Assembly: GCA_002269645.1 (NCBI GenBank) | Contig: NIVC01003359.1 | Location: forward strand, 1 to 64,000 | Source of the DNA: Macrostomum lignano | Taxonomy: Eukaryota | DNA length: 64,000 bases | Reading direction: 5' to 3' | Part shown: positions 10,621-22,295 of the stretch, in pieces | How the letters are laid out: each line of letters begins with the position of its first letter | Position numbering within the stretch: position 1 is the stretch's first letter | Position numbers and translations under genes: made by a program | Notes under the pieces: generated by a model | Told to the model about the DNA's origin: nothing | Database searches by the model: none | The model's input: the letters and a program-made list of their open reading frames with translations, nothing else

Positions 10621-10895
10621 CGGCGCTGGCGACCCTATCCAGTGGCTTCGGCCGAATTTGGGTATGCGGGTCTGGCTCGCCAACCTGCAGGCCGTGGTAC
10701 TGCTCAACGTACTCTCTAATGCCTAAGGTGTTGACCGTGCCGATGGGCTGGAAGGCCGGGGAGTAGTCCGGTCGCAAGCGGTCCCCCTCCTGGTGTCGGG
10801 CCAGCCTTGAGGGTGCTATTGGCCTACTGCCCGGTCAGGTGGAGCGGCCGGGTGGGTACCGCGCCCCTTTGAGGGTAGCCCACCAACCTTTTATC

Positions 10896-12399
10896 ATGGC
10901 CTTCGAGCCGACTATGGATAAACAAGCTATTTCTAGGGATGGGGACCCTTCTAAACCCCAACCTCAGTCCGAAGGACCGGCCGGCCCTGCTGGCAGATCC
11001 CAACCGACTGATTCAACTGTGGCAAAGGAAGGACCGGCTGGCTCTGCTGGCAGATCCGACCAGAGCTACCAAACTCAAAATACCCTAAGACCTGCCAGCT
11101 CCGCTGGTGGATCTAAGGGAACCGCGAGCTCTGAGCCTAAAGGACCGGCCAAATCTGGCAGATCCGATGAAGCTCAGCGGGCTCGGCTTGAGCGCAAACG
11201 CGCTAAACAACGCGCCAAAAGGCAGGCCAAGAAGGGAGCTGCGGGGGCCAAAGCGGCGGCGTCCACCATGGATGCTGAAGCGACTGGAGTCCCAAGGCAA
11301 CCAGGCGGGCCGGCCGGTGGAAGCTCCAGTAGTTCAGCGGCGGCGCTCCCTGGAGCTGCTGCCGCGGCTGCTGAGGCCGAAACCACGGCGCAACAAATGG
11401 CCACTGCCAACAAGGAGGTTCCTTCGGGAGCTACCTTTGCGGCGAAGGCCAAGGCCAAAATCCCGGGAGTGATCATCCAAGGTCGCGACCAGGACTGGAC
11501 CACTGATCAGCTTCAAAAAGTGTGGAGTGCTGTTGACTCCTATCTGATTGAGCTGACTGTCGAGGAGGGAATCTCCATCGGCGTTGAGCGGATGGTGCTG
11601 CGAAGCACATTCGTTCTTATTGCTCCTAGCAGCGAGGAGGACGCTCGGCGGCTGCTCCAGCGGCTACCGACGGTCTCCTTGGATGCTGACCTTGGCGGAG
11701 CTCTTTTTCTTCGCGAGGGCCAGCGTCCAAAGACGATACCCTATGTGGTTTTCGTCCCTGCTAAGAGCACCGCAGCTGGACCAGACGTTTTCGCCGGGTC
11801 CTACTGCGTCTGAACCCCGACCTCCCTGCTAGTGGACTGGTGTATCACCGTAAAGTCCGCAGGGGGGAGACGGGCAACTCAATTGTCCTCGGCCTTTCCA
11901 GCACTTGGGCGAGTCGGTACCCTAATGGATCCTCTTTCCAGCTGGGTGCCCTCAAGCTCAAGTTGCGCCGAGGAAAGTCTGCCAAAGGGAAGGCTACTGC
12001 CAACCCCGGCATCTCCGGCAAGAGCGGGGCGCAGTCTAAGGCCCAAGGAAAGGCGCAAGCCGATCCCAAAGCCAAAGCTGCATCTCGCCCCTCTGCTAGC
12101 AGCAGTTCGGCGACCGCGGTAACGGCTCCGGCCGAGCCCCGGGAACCAAACCTGCCAGTCGGAGAAGGAGTTGAGGACGAGGCCGGGTCTTCGGAATCCG
12201 AGCTCTCCTCGGCCACCTTGGTGGGGTCTGAAGGTAAAGATGCAGGTGAGGAAGCTTCCTCCATCCTGTCATCGGAGCCTGAGGAGTCTGCTGGGGGGCC
12301 GGTGGGGGTGAGGAGGCCATGGACGTCGACCAACTCCCATCTCCCAGTCAAGCCCCAGCGGCCTGGGACGAGGACGATCTGTTGTCCAAGTCTCCTTGA
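10896..12399 (+). CDS. E1 ORF1 (gag-like RNA-binding protein), inferred frameshifts at ~11790 and ~12305
   Basis: Joins ORFs 10839-11813 and 11840-12415. Core aligns with E2 ORF1 (FAAKAKAKIPGVIIQGRD / YADAAKRQPAVVILGKD; VLRLNPDLPASGLV-like / LAVNRELPAAGLV). The end at 12399 assumes a missing G at ~12305; otherwise it ends at 12415. Confidence 0.75.
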
Positions 12400-12438
12400 T
12401 GACCCTGGGCTCTAGCCAGATATTGCATTTAATACAGT

Positions 12439-15400
12439 ATGACTAAGCTCCACGCTGCCAAAGGAGCGACATTCTGTCTGCAAATAAATTTACAGCATTG
12501 CGTATCTGCGTCAGTAAATCTGATGAAGATTGCTGAGCTGTACAGGCCAGGCCTCATCCTGATCCAGGAACCCTGGATGCGCAACGGTAAGTTGCCCAAC
12601 ATTCCCTCTGGCTACTCTGATTTTTATGTGTGTGGCCCGGGGAACAGCCGCCCTAGAGCGGCTATCCTCGCTGCTAGCCATCTCCAGGCTTGGCTGAGGA
12701 CTGATCTCTCTGATGGAGACCTTTGCGTCATCCAATCTAATCATTTCTCTCCGCGTACGTGTCTTGTTGCCTCGGTTTATATCCCAGGCGACAGAGACCC
12801 TGCTCCGAGAGTTTACTGCGCCTTGCGCAGTACTGCGAGTCCCAGAACGCTGAGCTGTGCTTAGGGGGCGACCTCAACGCGCACCACAAGCACTGGGGCA
12901 GCAAAGATACCAACACTAGAGGAGAGGAGCTTCTGGCCCTCATCTCTAACACAAACCTCATGCTCTGCAACCGCGGCAGCACTCCTACCTTTAATAATGG
13001 CAGATGGACCGAGGTCCTCGACGCCACACTCGTTACCCCAAGACTCTTTGACAGAGTCAAGGAGTGGAGAGTCTGGTCTGAGGAGCCCTCCCTGTCTGAC
13101 CACTGCTTTATCGCCTTTAATATCGCGGACACTAAAACCCAGTCTCCGATCACTTGGAGACGCAATATCCGCAACACTGATTGGGCGGCCTACAAGGCTG
13201 CCCTTGATCTGCACCTGCAGGAACTCACGGACTTACGTCCGATTGAGACCTGCGAGGATGTGGATCATATGGCTGAGACGCTGACAGGTTGCATTATTGC
13301 AGCCTACGAAGCGGCTTGTCCTGCTCGCGCCTACAGAGGCAAGACCTCGGCGCCGTGGTGGAACCCGGAGCTGGGGAAACTCAGGCGGAAGGCCAAAAGC
13401 CTTCATCGCCGTGCCATGAAGACCGGAAACCCGGAGGACATGGAGCTTTTCCGGCAAGCCTCCCGCAATTTCAAATCTGAAGTGCGCAAGGCCAAGGAAT
13501 GTAAGTGGCGCCAATTCTGCAATGAATTGGATCAAGACAGACCTACTTCTAGGCTTGTCAAGGCCCTTACAATGGACAAAATGTCCAAATTAGCCATGAT
13601 CAAAAAAGATGATGGCTCTCTTACTAAAGACCCTGAAGAAGTGCTTCAGCATATGCTTAGCACATTCTTCCCGAGGGTACCTACTGCTAGACCGGAGCCC
13701 AACCATTCGATGGATGGAGCCACCCTAGCGGCGGGCATTGTCACTGAAGACCTAATCGCTCGTGCGGTCAGAACCTTCAAACCCTTCAAATCTCCTGGAC
13801 CTGATGGTATCTACCCTGTTCTCCTTCGTGAAGCAGCCAAGATACCCTCGTTCCTGAGACTCACCCGCAATCTTATGCGGGCCTCTATCCAGCTGGGATA
13901 CGTTCCCAAAAGCTGGACTGAAGCTCGAGTAGTCTTTATTCCCAAACCTGGGAAGGGTGACTACCAAAGCGTCAAGGCCTTCCGGCCAATTAGCTTAACG
14001 TCAGCAATGCTTAAGCTCACTGAGAGGCTTATTCTCTGGCGGCTGCTCTCCTGCGAGCTGACAGCGATGCCCCTCAGCAATAATCAGCACGCCTTCCGTA
14101 CCGGGAGGTCGACTGACAGCGCCCTGCATGCGATTGTCGAAAAGATTGAACGGGCGGTACTGGGTGACGGTTACGCCCTGGCTCTCTTTCTTGACATTGT
14201 TGGCGCCTTCGACAACGTTATCTTTGAAGCGTTTCAGAGGGCCCTTCAAAATCGCAAAGCTCATGCTACCCTCATACGGTGGATCATGTACATGATCTCC
14301 AACCGTACGGTCACTGCCCAACTTCTTGGGCAAACTGCCTCCACCAGAGTCTGTAAGGGTGGACCCCAAGGCGGAGTCCTCACCCCGACGCTCTGGAACC
14401 TGGTCATGGACGCTCTTCTGAGTGACTCCCGACCTGACCCCGTCTTCAAAGTCGGGTATGCTGATGACGTCACGGCCATTGTGGCAGGACCGTCTCCCAG
14501 CACGCTCAGGGATCTGATGCAGAGCTTTATCCGCAAAGCAGAATCCTGGGCCAATGACAATGGTTTGGAACTCTCTGAGCCCAAAACCGTTGCCATTATG
14601 TTTACCAGCAGACTACGCTGGAACATACGTCCTCTGCAGCTCTACGGCAGAGATATTGCCTTCGCGCACCAGACCAGATGTCTCGGGGTCACACTTGACC
14701 ACCGGCTCAACTGGTCCTTCCACGTGAAAGCAAAAGCTAAGCGTGCCTCAGCCATCCTGGCCCAGCTCCGACGAGCACTTGGCACTTCTTGGGGTCTATC
14801 CCCAAAGCGGCTTTGGTGGATCTATACTTCCGTAGTTAGACCTGCCATTACGTACGCCTCTGTTGTCTGGGTTAGCGCTACCCAGGTCAAAAGCCATGCA
14901 GACCTGCTCAACACGATCCAAGGCAGAGCGTGTAGGCTCATCTGCAACGCCACCAGGTCCACGCCCTTTGCTGGCATGGGGGCCTTTCTTAATCTTCCGC
15001 CTCTTGACCTCTTCATCAGGGGTGAGGCGGCTAGAACGACGCGGCGTCTAATTGATGCCGGCGTCAAATTCATTTACATGAGAGCACCTGCTAAGCGGAA
15101 CCTTGTCCCGCATAGCGATCTGTGCCTCAACTTTCTCAACGAGTGTCAGGCCAATCGCGTCTTCACCGATGGCATTGCCTCAACGCTCAACCTGAGACAG
15201 CGCTACTCCGTAGCTATCGACTCGCGCGATAACATCAATGACCATTGGAACCCTGGTGAGCTTCATTGCTACACCGACGGTTCTAAGCAGTCAGCCAACA
15301 CCGGCTTTGGTGTTGGAATCTTTCTGAACGGGAGGGTCATCGCTACCCACGCTCAATACACTGGGGTCAACTCCAGTGTTTTCCAAAATGAAGTTCTGGC

Positions 15401-16178
15401 CATCAGCTCCTGCACTGCAGAGCTTCTCGCCACTGGCGTTACTGGTAAGAACATCATTTTCCATTCGGACAGCCAAGCTGCCTTGCACGCCATCAGTGGC
15501 TGCAGCACCAACTCTGCTACAGTCCTTGACTGTATCAAACTCCTCAATGTGTTGGGTTCCGCCAACAAAATTACCCTTAAGTGGGTTCCGGGGCATGTGG
15601 GGATCCGAGGAAATGAGTTGGCTGACACCCTTGCAAAAGTTGGTGCCTCCGGCTCCTCTCTCGGCCCCGAACCTCTTGTCCCGATTCCTGGCTGTGTCAT
15701 CGACTCGCGCATCAAAGCGTGGATCAGGACTCAGCACCGCTCGACTTGGGCGAACCGCACGAACTGCAGGCAATCCAGAGGCGCTGTCCCTCAGCCCTCT
15801 CACCAGCTCCGGAAGCTCCTCTTGCGCCTCTCGCGCAGAGACATCCGGGCTGCCACCATGACCCTCTCTGGTCACGGCTGCTTCTCCAGGCACCAGTACC
15901 TGCAGGGCAACGCCACCAACGCCACCTGTAGTTTCTGCAACTCAGGTGACGAAACCGCTGAGCATTTCGTCAGCATCTGTCCCGCCTTCACGCGGGCCAG
16001 ACTCACTTACCTCGGGCCACACACATCTATTACTGAAGCGTGCAAACCCGAAAACTTTAATCAGCTCATGCGCTACCTTCGGGCCACCCGCAGGGCTGAA
16101 CTCTCCTTTCCAGAGAGCACCATAGCTGCTGGCGACACTGGGGGACCTCCCTGGGCGGCGCCAACCCTCCGTCCATAG
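12439..16178 (+). CDS. E1 ORF2: AP endonuclease, reverse transcriptase, RNase H, C-terminal CCHC; one frameshift at ~12808
   Basis: LQINLQH, LIQEPW, GGDLNAHH, SDH (APE); KSPGPDG, FRPISL, LDIVGAFD, PQGGVLTP, YADD (RT); YTDGS, NEVLAI, SDSQA, WVPGHVGIRGNELAD (RNase H); CSFC..ETAEHF..C. Confidence 0.95.
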
Positions 16179-16278
16179 CGACGCGTCGGCCGTTCAGGGA
16201 CTAGCGGAATGGGCGCCCGCGCCTTCCCGCTGTGTCCCCTCCGGGACAGCCCTGCAGCTAAGTCAAGTTAAGTCAAGT

Positions 16279-16737
16279 CAGGGAAGGCACAGGGGAGAAG
16301 ACAGGGAAAGCACAGGGGATATTGAAGACAGGGAAGGCACAGGGGAGAAGACAGGGAAGGCACAGGGGAGAAGACAGGGGAGAAGACAGGGAAGGCACAG
16401 GGGAGATTGAAGACAGGGAAAGCACAGGGGATATTGAAGACAGGGAAAGCACAGGGGAGATTGAAGACAGGGAAGGCACAGGGGAGATTGAAGACAGGGA
16501 AGGCACAGGGGAGAAGACAGGGAAAGCACAGGCGAGATTAAAGACAGAAAAAGCACAGGGGCGAAGACAGGGAAAGCACAGGGGATATTGAAGACAGGGA
16601 AGGCACAGGGGAGAAGACAGGGAAAGCACAGGGGATATTGAAGACAGGGAAGGCACAGGGGAGAAGACAGGGAAAGCACAGGGGAGATTGAAGACAGGGA
16701 AGGCACAGGGGAGAAGACAGGGAAAGCACAGGGAAGA
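16279..16737. repeat. Minisatellite A, segment 3
   Basis: Same units resume after the LINE tail. Confidence 0.95.
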
Positions 16738-17299
16738 GACCACGTTTAGTAAATCAGCAAATGAAGCATCGTTAACTACAGCGATTACAATTATACAAAG
16801 CACAATGCAAATTAAAGTAAGCATGAGTACAAATTTATAGATATATTTATTTAACGCATCGAGTCAGCCTCACAATTGGGTCACTCGGTTTCATTGGCTG
16901 CTTCTTTCAAAAAAGCAATGTGTGATAAAGTTATGACACAATAATGCAATAAGATTACAGTATACAGTATAAAGAGTTGCATTAACAGGCCCTTATGTAA
17001 GAAAAGTTAGCTAGCATTAAATTTACATAAACAGGCTATTTATTAGTCTAGGAACAAAAATGCTGCACACCTGATGGAATAATATTTTGTTTCAGAAATA
17101 TAGAAGCTGTCTTATATTATGTTGGCTTGCCTCATCAAATTTAATTGCTTCCACTTAATTAATATAGCAAACAGCTTAGCTACAGGCAATAAAGCTATCT
17201 TATATCGGCTATAAAAAATTGAAAAATGCGACGCACAACTTCTTTTGTTTTTTTCTGCCGGCAATCTAGTTAGAATAAGTCTACTAAAATGAAAATACC

Positions 17300-17795
17300 A
17301 ATCAATAAGCAAATCAACAAATCAATCACTCAATCAACCAACCAATCAACAAATCAACCAACCAATCAACAAATCAATCACCCAATCAACCAATTAATCA
17401 ACCAATCAACACTCAATCAACCAACCAATCAACAATTCAATCACCCAATCAACCAACCAGTCACCCAATCAATCACTCAATCAACCAATCAATCACCCAA
17501 TCAATAACCAAATCAACAAATCAATCACTCAATCAACCAACCAATCAACCAATCAATCACTCAATCAACCAACCAATCAACCAATCAATCACTCAATCAA
17601 CCAACCAATCAACCAATCAATCACTCAATCAACCAACCAATCAACCAATCAATCACTCAATCAACCAATCAACCAATCAATCAACCAATCAATCACTCAA
17701 TCAACCAATCAACCAACCAATCAACAAATCAATCAACTAATCAATCACCAAATCAACCAATCAATAACCCAATCACCTAATCAATCAACCAACCA
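17300..17795. repeat. (AATC/AACC)n compound microsatellite
   Basis: Direct reading. Confidence 0.9.
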
Positions 17796-17831
17796 ACTAA
17801 AAGCTAATAAATCAGTGGAACAATTAACTAA

Positions 17832-19466
17832 TCAATTATCCGGCTTCGAAGATTTCATCGAATCCACGTAGCCCCTGGACATTCGCGCTCGAAACGCTGT
17901 GAATGGATCGGCGGCAGCGGAGCCTCCCCGCCGGTCGCCGCCGCCAGTTGCCGAGCCAGTTGACGAACACTCCGCGCCAAGGCCCAGTCGATCTTCTGAG
18001 GACGCCGCCGGCCTGTCGAAAGCGGCGCCGCCTGCTCGTCGGGGCGCGAATCCGCCGCGCGGCCCAACAACCAGAGCGCCGATAGCGCGCGGCATCCGAC
18101 TGCTCGACGAAGCCAAAGCCGATGGACGATTGACGCGGCCGGCTGACGTGAACGAAGGCGGACTGGGCGACCGCGAGCCGGCAGCAGCAACTCCGCCTTC
18201 GCCGCCGCCTGCGCCGCCTCGACTATTGGAGGCCGAACGGCTGCGGCTGCGACTAGGGCTTCGGCTTCGGCTTCGGCTGTCGCTGCGGCTGCGACTCCGG
18301 CTGCGGCTTCGACTTCTGCTGCGACTGCGGCTCCGGCTGCGACTCCGGCTGCGGCTTCTGCTGTCCCCGCTGTCACTGTGTATGCTGCGGGCTCGACGCG
18401 ACAAGAAGCCGAGAGTGGCGCCGGGGCCGGCCCGGCTAGGCGGACTCGACGGGTTGCCGCCGCTGCCGCCTCCGCCGCCGCCGCCGCTTCCTCCGCCGTT
18501 GCCGTCGCCGCGATGCCGCCTTTCTTTGGCTCGCTCCTCTAGCCAGTCGTCGCGCTCAAACACGCGGCCCTCCGCTGTCTCGCCGTCAGCTTTAGTAGCG
18601 GCTAGCAGCGATTTCCTAGCCCGATCCTTGGCCTTGTAGAATTCAAATAAACCGAGCCGCTCCCAGCCTTCGGAGTCTCGCGGACTGTCGTGCGACGGCG
18701 GCGCCGAATAGGAGTCTAGTGCGGCCCGGATGAACTCGCTGATGGGATGGCGAGCGGGCAGCATGAGCTGGTCGGGATCCAGCTCTGTATAGGCGGTGGC
18801 GTGCAGCGGTATTAGCGGCACCATTAAACTGGCCGGCTGTTGGTAATAAGGCGCCTGAGGCTTCTCCGGCTTGGATATGAGAGCGGCCGGCGGCGGCAGC
18901 AGCGGCTGCGGTGGCGGCGGCGGCTGGCCGGGCGCGAACCCAGGCGGAGGCCTGGAGAGGTCCGGCAGAGGCAGCAGGCCGCCGGGTTTATTTGGACCGA
19001 AATTGCTATTGGAAGCTGTTGAATTCAAAGACTGCGTAGCAGTGGAGGAAGATGCGGCGGGCACCGACAAAGGGACAGACGCAGCGCTCTCGGAGGACCT
19101 GGCGGCGGCGGCAGCGGCGGCGGCAGCGGCCTGCCCGATGATCTGCTGCACCCTGGTCCGCTGCTGCTCGATCTGGTCACGCAGATGCTTCTCAAACTCC
19201 GTGTGCTGTCGTTGCAACTCCTCGCACTTGGCTTGACATTGGATTCGAATCTGGGACGCCTCCTGCGCCAAGTCCGACTCGGCAAGGCGGTCCTGACGCC
19301 ACTTGGCGTAGGCGGCCTCGCAGTCGGAAGACAGGGCCTGAGTCACCGCCTCGGGAAAGTAGGCGTTCTGCACCCACAGTGAGCGAACCTTCTCCAGCTT
19401 CTGGGCACGTTCGGGGTCGCTTGCTACTAGCTTGTGCGCCTGGCTGAACATTGGGACTATCACCGC
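17832..19466 (-). CDS. CHERP: CHERP homologue, last coding exon
   Basis: Acceptor CCGCAG at 19467; AVIVPMF..KLEKVRSLWVQNAYF (end of CID); LMVPLIPL..LDP..LP and PPSHDSPRDSEGWERLGLFEFYKAK (CHERP-conserved block); RS tract; C-terminal DPF..FR..MS..Y. Confidence 0.9.
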   Translation of the reverse strand, partial: AVIVPMFSQAHKLVASDPERAQKLEKVRSLWVQNAYFPEAVTQALSSDCEAAYAKWRQDRLAESDLAQEASQIRIQCQAKCEELQRQHTEFEKHLRDQIEQQRTRVQQIIGQAAAAAAAAAARSSESAASVPLSVPAASSSTATQSLNSTASNSNFGPNKPGGLLPLPDLSRPPPGFAPGQPPPPPQPLLPPPAALISKPEKPQAPYYQQPASLMVPLIPLHATAYTELDPDQLMLPARHPISEFIRAALDSYSAPPSHDSPRDSEGWERLGLFEFYKAKDRARKSLLAATKADGETAEGRVFERDDWLEERAKERRHRGDGNGGGSGGGGGGGSGGNPSSPPSRAGPGATLGFLSRRARSIHSDSGDSRSRSRSRSRSRSRSRSRSRSRSRSRSDSRSRSRSPSRSRSRSASNSRGGAGGGEGGVAAAGSRSPSPPSFTSAGRVNRPSALASSSSRMPRAIGALVVGPRGGFAPRRAGGAAFDRPAASSEDRLGLGAECSSTGSATGGGDRRGGSAAADPFTAFRARMSRGYVDSMKSSKPDN

Positions 19467-20424
19467 CTGCGGTGGGTGATGGGGAACGATAGATTTTTAG
19501 TTTATTGATTGCATGAGTATTTATTAACATTCATGTCAAATTTTTGGACAATTCACTTTTTAAAAAAACTAGAAATCCGACAGTTGACGTTTCCAATAAC
19601 ACCGAAAAATTTACGTTCTTAATAACACCGGAATATTTACGTTCTAAATAACACCGGAAATTTTCCATTTTTAATACCGAAATATTTACATTCTTTACAC
19701 CTGAAAATTTGCAGAGGTAACTACACCAAATTTGAAATTTTGTATTCTGAATGACTCAAGAAAATTTAGATTAGCTATAAACCCGGAAAATTTATATTTC
19801 AAACAAACAACTACAGCGTTCACATTTAAAGAATAAATCCGGAAAATTAATGTTACGAATAAAATACGGATCATTGCATAAACCTTCATATTTTGTAAAT
19901 CCTGAATCTATTTACCTTTTTAAAGGGCCCTAGGCCTTCTGTATTGTCCTTAACATTCTTCCGTCATTTTATAATTATCTCAAGAGACCGGAGTCTATTT
20001 GAAAATCTGTTAACAAAGGAATGTACAAATAGACAATTCTCGAAATGAAACGGGAATATAAGATGAGGAATATTTGAAGATCTGACTAATAGCTTAACAG
20101 GATTCCCACTGCCATTGGCCCGTGCTCTTGCCAGTTCTGAATTAAGAAAGAAATAGAGTGCAGCTTTCTTCAAGCGCATTTGTTGCACACACGGAAATTC
20201 TAGACAGAAAGCCTGTGCATAGTATCGATTTTTTATTTTAACACCTCAACACAAAAGAAAAATTCAAGACGCTTCGCTTCCTTAGAGACCAGAGAGGACT
20301 GTTGAAGGGCCAAAATTTCCTTGATCTAATTTAATTAGCTCACAATTTTTCCTGATTTATTTCTGCCTTCTGTGTTCTCATTGCAATTTTTCTAATTGAC
20401 GCTACCATCTCTTGTTTAACCTCT

Positions 20425-22295
20425 CAGTCCTTCTGCTGTTCCTCTTCCAGTCTTCTTCTGCTGTTCCCTTCCAGCAGTCTTATTCTGCTGTTCTCCTTCC
20501 AGTCTTATTCTGCTGTTCTCCTTCCAGACTTCTTCTGATGTTCTCCTTCCAGTCTTCTTCTGCTGTTCCCTTCCAGCAGTCTTCTCTGCTGTTCCCCTTC
20601 CAACAGTCTTCTGCTGTTCTCCTTCCAGTCTTCTTCTGCTGCTCCCTTCCAGCAGTCTTCTGCTGTTCCCCTTCCAGTCTTCTTCTGCTGTTCCCTTCCA
20701 GCAGTCTTCTTCTGCTGTTCCCCTTCCAGTCTTCTTCTGCTGTTCCCTTCCAACAGTCTTCTGCTGTTCCCCTTCCAGTCTTCTTCTGCTGTTCCCTTCC
20801 AGCAGTCTTCTTCTGCTGTTCCCCTTCCAGTCTTCTTCTGCTGTTCCCTTCCAGCAGTCTTCTTCTGCTGTTCCCCTTCCAGTCTTCTTCTGCTGTTCTC
20901 CTTCCAGCAGTCTTCTTCTGATGTTCTCCTTCCAGTCTTCTTCTGCTGTTCTCCTTCCAACAGTCTTCTTCTGCTCCCTTCCAGTCTTCTTCTGCTGTTC
21001 CCTTCCAGCAGTCTTCTTCTGCTGTTCCCCTTCCAGTCTTCTTCTGCTGCTCCCTTCCAGCAGTCTTCTGCTGCTCCCTTCCAGTCTTCTTCTGCTGTTC
21101 CCCTTCCAGTCTTCTTCTGCTGCTCCCTTCCAGCAGTCTTCTGCTGCTCCCTTCCAGTCTTCTTCTGCTCCCTTCCAGTCTTCTTCTGCTGCTCCCTTCC
21201 AGTCTTCTCTGCTGTTCCCCTTCCAACAGTCTTCTGCTGCTCCCTTCCAGTCTTCTCTGCTGTTCCCCTTCCAACAGTCTTCTGCTGTTCCCCTTCCAGT
21301 CTTCTCTGCTGTTCCCCTTCCAGTCTTCTTCTGCTGCTCCCTTCCAGTCTTCTCTGCTGTTCTCCTTCCAGTCTTCTTCTGCTGCTCCCTTCCAGCAGTC
21401 TTCTGCTGCTCCCTTCCAGTCTTCTTCTGCTCCCTTCCAGTCTTCTTCTGCTGCTCCCTTCCAGCAGTCTTCTGCTGCTCCCTTCCAGTCTTCTTCTGCT
21501 CCCTTCCAGTCTTCTCTGCTGTTCCCCTTCCAACAGTCTTCTGCTGCTCCCTTCCAGTCTTCTCTGCTGTTCCCCTTCCAGTCTTCTCTGCTGTTCCCCT
21601 TCCAGTCTTCTCTGCTGTTCCCTTCCAACAGTCTTCTGCTGTTCCCTTCCAGCAGTCTTCTTCTGCTGTTCCCTTCCAGCAGTCTTCTTCTGCTGTTCTC
21701 CTTCCAGTCTTCTCTGCTGTTCCCCTTCCAGTCTTCTCTGCTGTTCCCTTCCAACAGTCTTCTGCTGTTCCCCTTCCAGTCTTCTCTGCTGCTCCCTTCC
21801 AGCAGTCTTCTTCTGCTGCTCCCTTCCAGTCTTCTCTGCTGTTCCCTTCCAGTCTTCTTCTGCTGTTCCCTTCCAGCAGTCTTCTTCTGCTGCTCCCCTT
21901 CCAGTCTTCTTCTGCTGCTCCCTTCCAGCAGTCTTCTGCTGCTCCCTTCCAGTAGTCTTCTTCTGCTGTTCCCCTTCCAGTCTTCTTCTGCTGTTCCCTT
22001 CCAGCAGTCTTCTTCTGCTGTTCCCCTTCCAGTCTTCTTCTGCTGTTCCCCTTCCAGTCTTCTTCTGCTGTTCCCTTCCAGCAGTCTTCTTCTGCTGCTC
22101 CCTTCCAGTCTTCTGTTGTTCCCTTCCAGTAGTCTTCTTCTGCTGTTCCCCTTCCAGTCTTCTTCTGCTGTTCCCTTCCAGTAGTCTTCTTCTGCTGTAC
22201 CTTCCAGTCTTCTTCTGCTGTTCCCCTTCCAGTCTTCTTCTGCTGTTCCCTTCCAGCAGTCTTCTTCTGCTGCTCCCTTCCAGTCTTCTGCTGTT
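20425..22295. repeat. Pyrimidine-rich ~22-26-bp minisatellite (CTTCCAGTCTTCTTCTGCTGTTCCC)n in the CHERP intron
   Basis: Direct reading. Confidence 0.95.

Larger units (their letters stand above)
10379..16278 (+). mobile_element. Full-length non-LTR retrotransposon, LOA-like (family E1)
   Basis: ORF1 plus ORF2 (APE-RT-RNase H-CCHC); tail AAGTCAAGTTAAGTCAAGT; candidate TSD CAGGGAAGGCAC (10367-10378 and 16279-16290, ambiguous inside the array). Clade inferred from LQINLQH, GGPQGGVLTP and the RNase H domain. Confidence 0.93.

Noticed and set aside
10714-10817. Short words resembling the HCV IRES as I recall it (AAUGCCU, CGUGC, GAGUAGU, GGUCGC, AGGGUG in similar order)
   Set aside because: The IIIc hairpin and the IIId GGG loop cannot form, covariation supports a different fold, and the comparison is from memory. 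It needs a real alignment before any claim.
17855-19382. Antisense and alternative-frame ORFs over CHERP and over both LINE ORFs
   Set aside because: These are expected shadows of GC-rich coding sequence and have no motifs.
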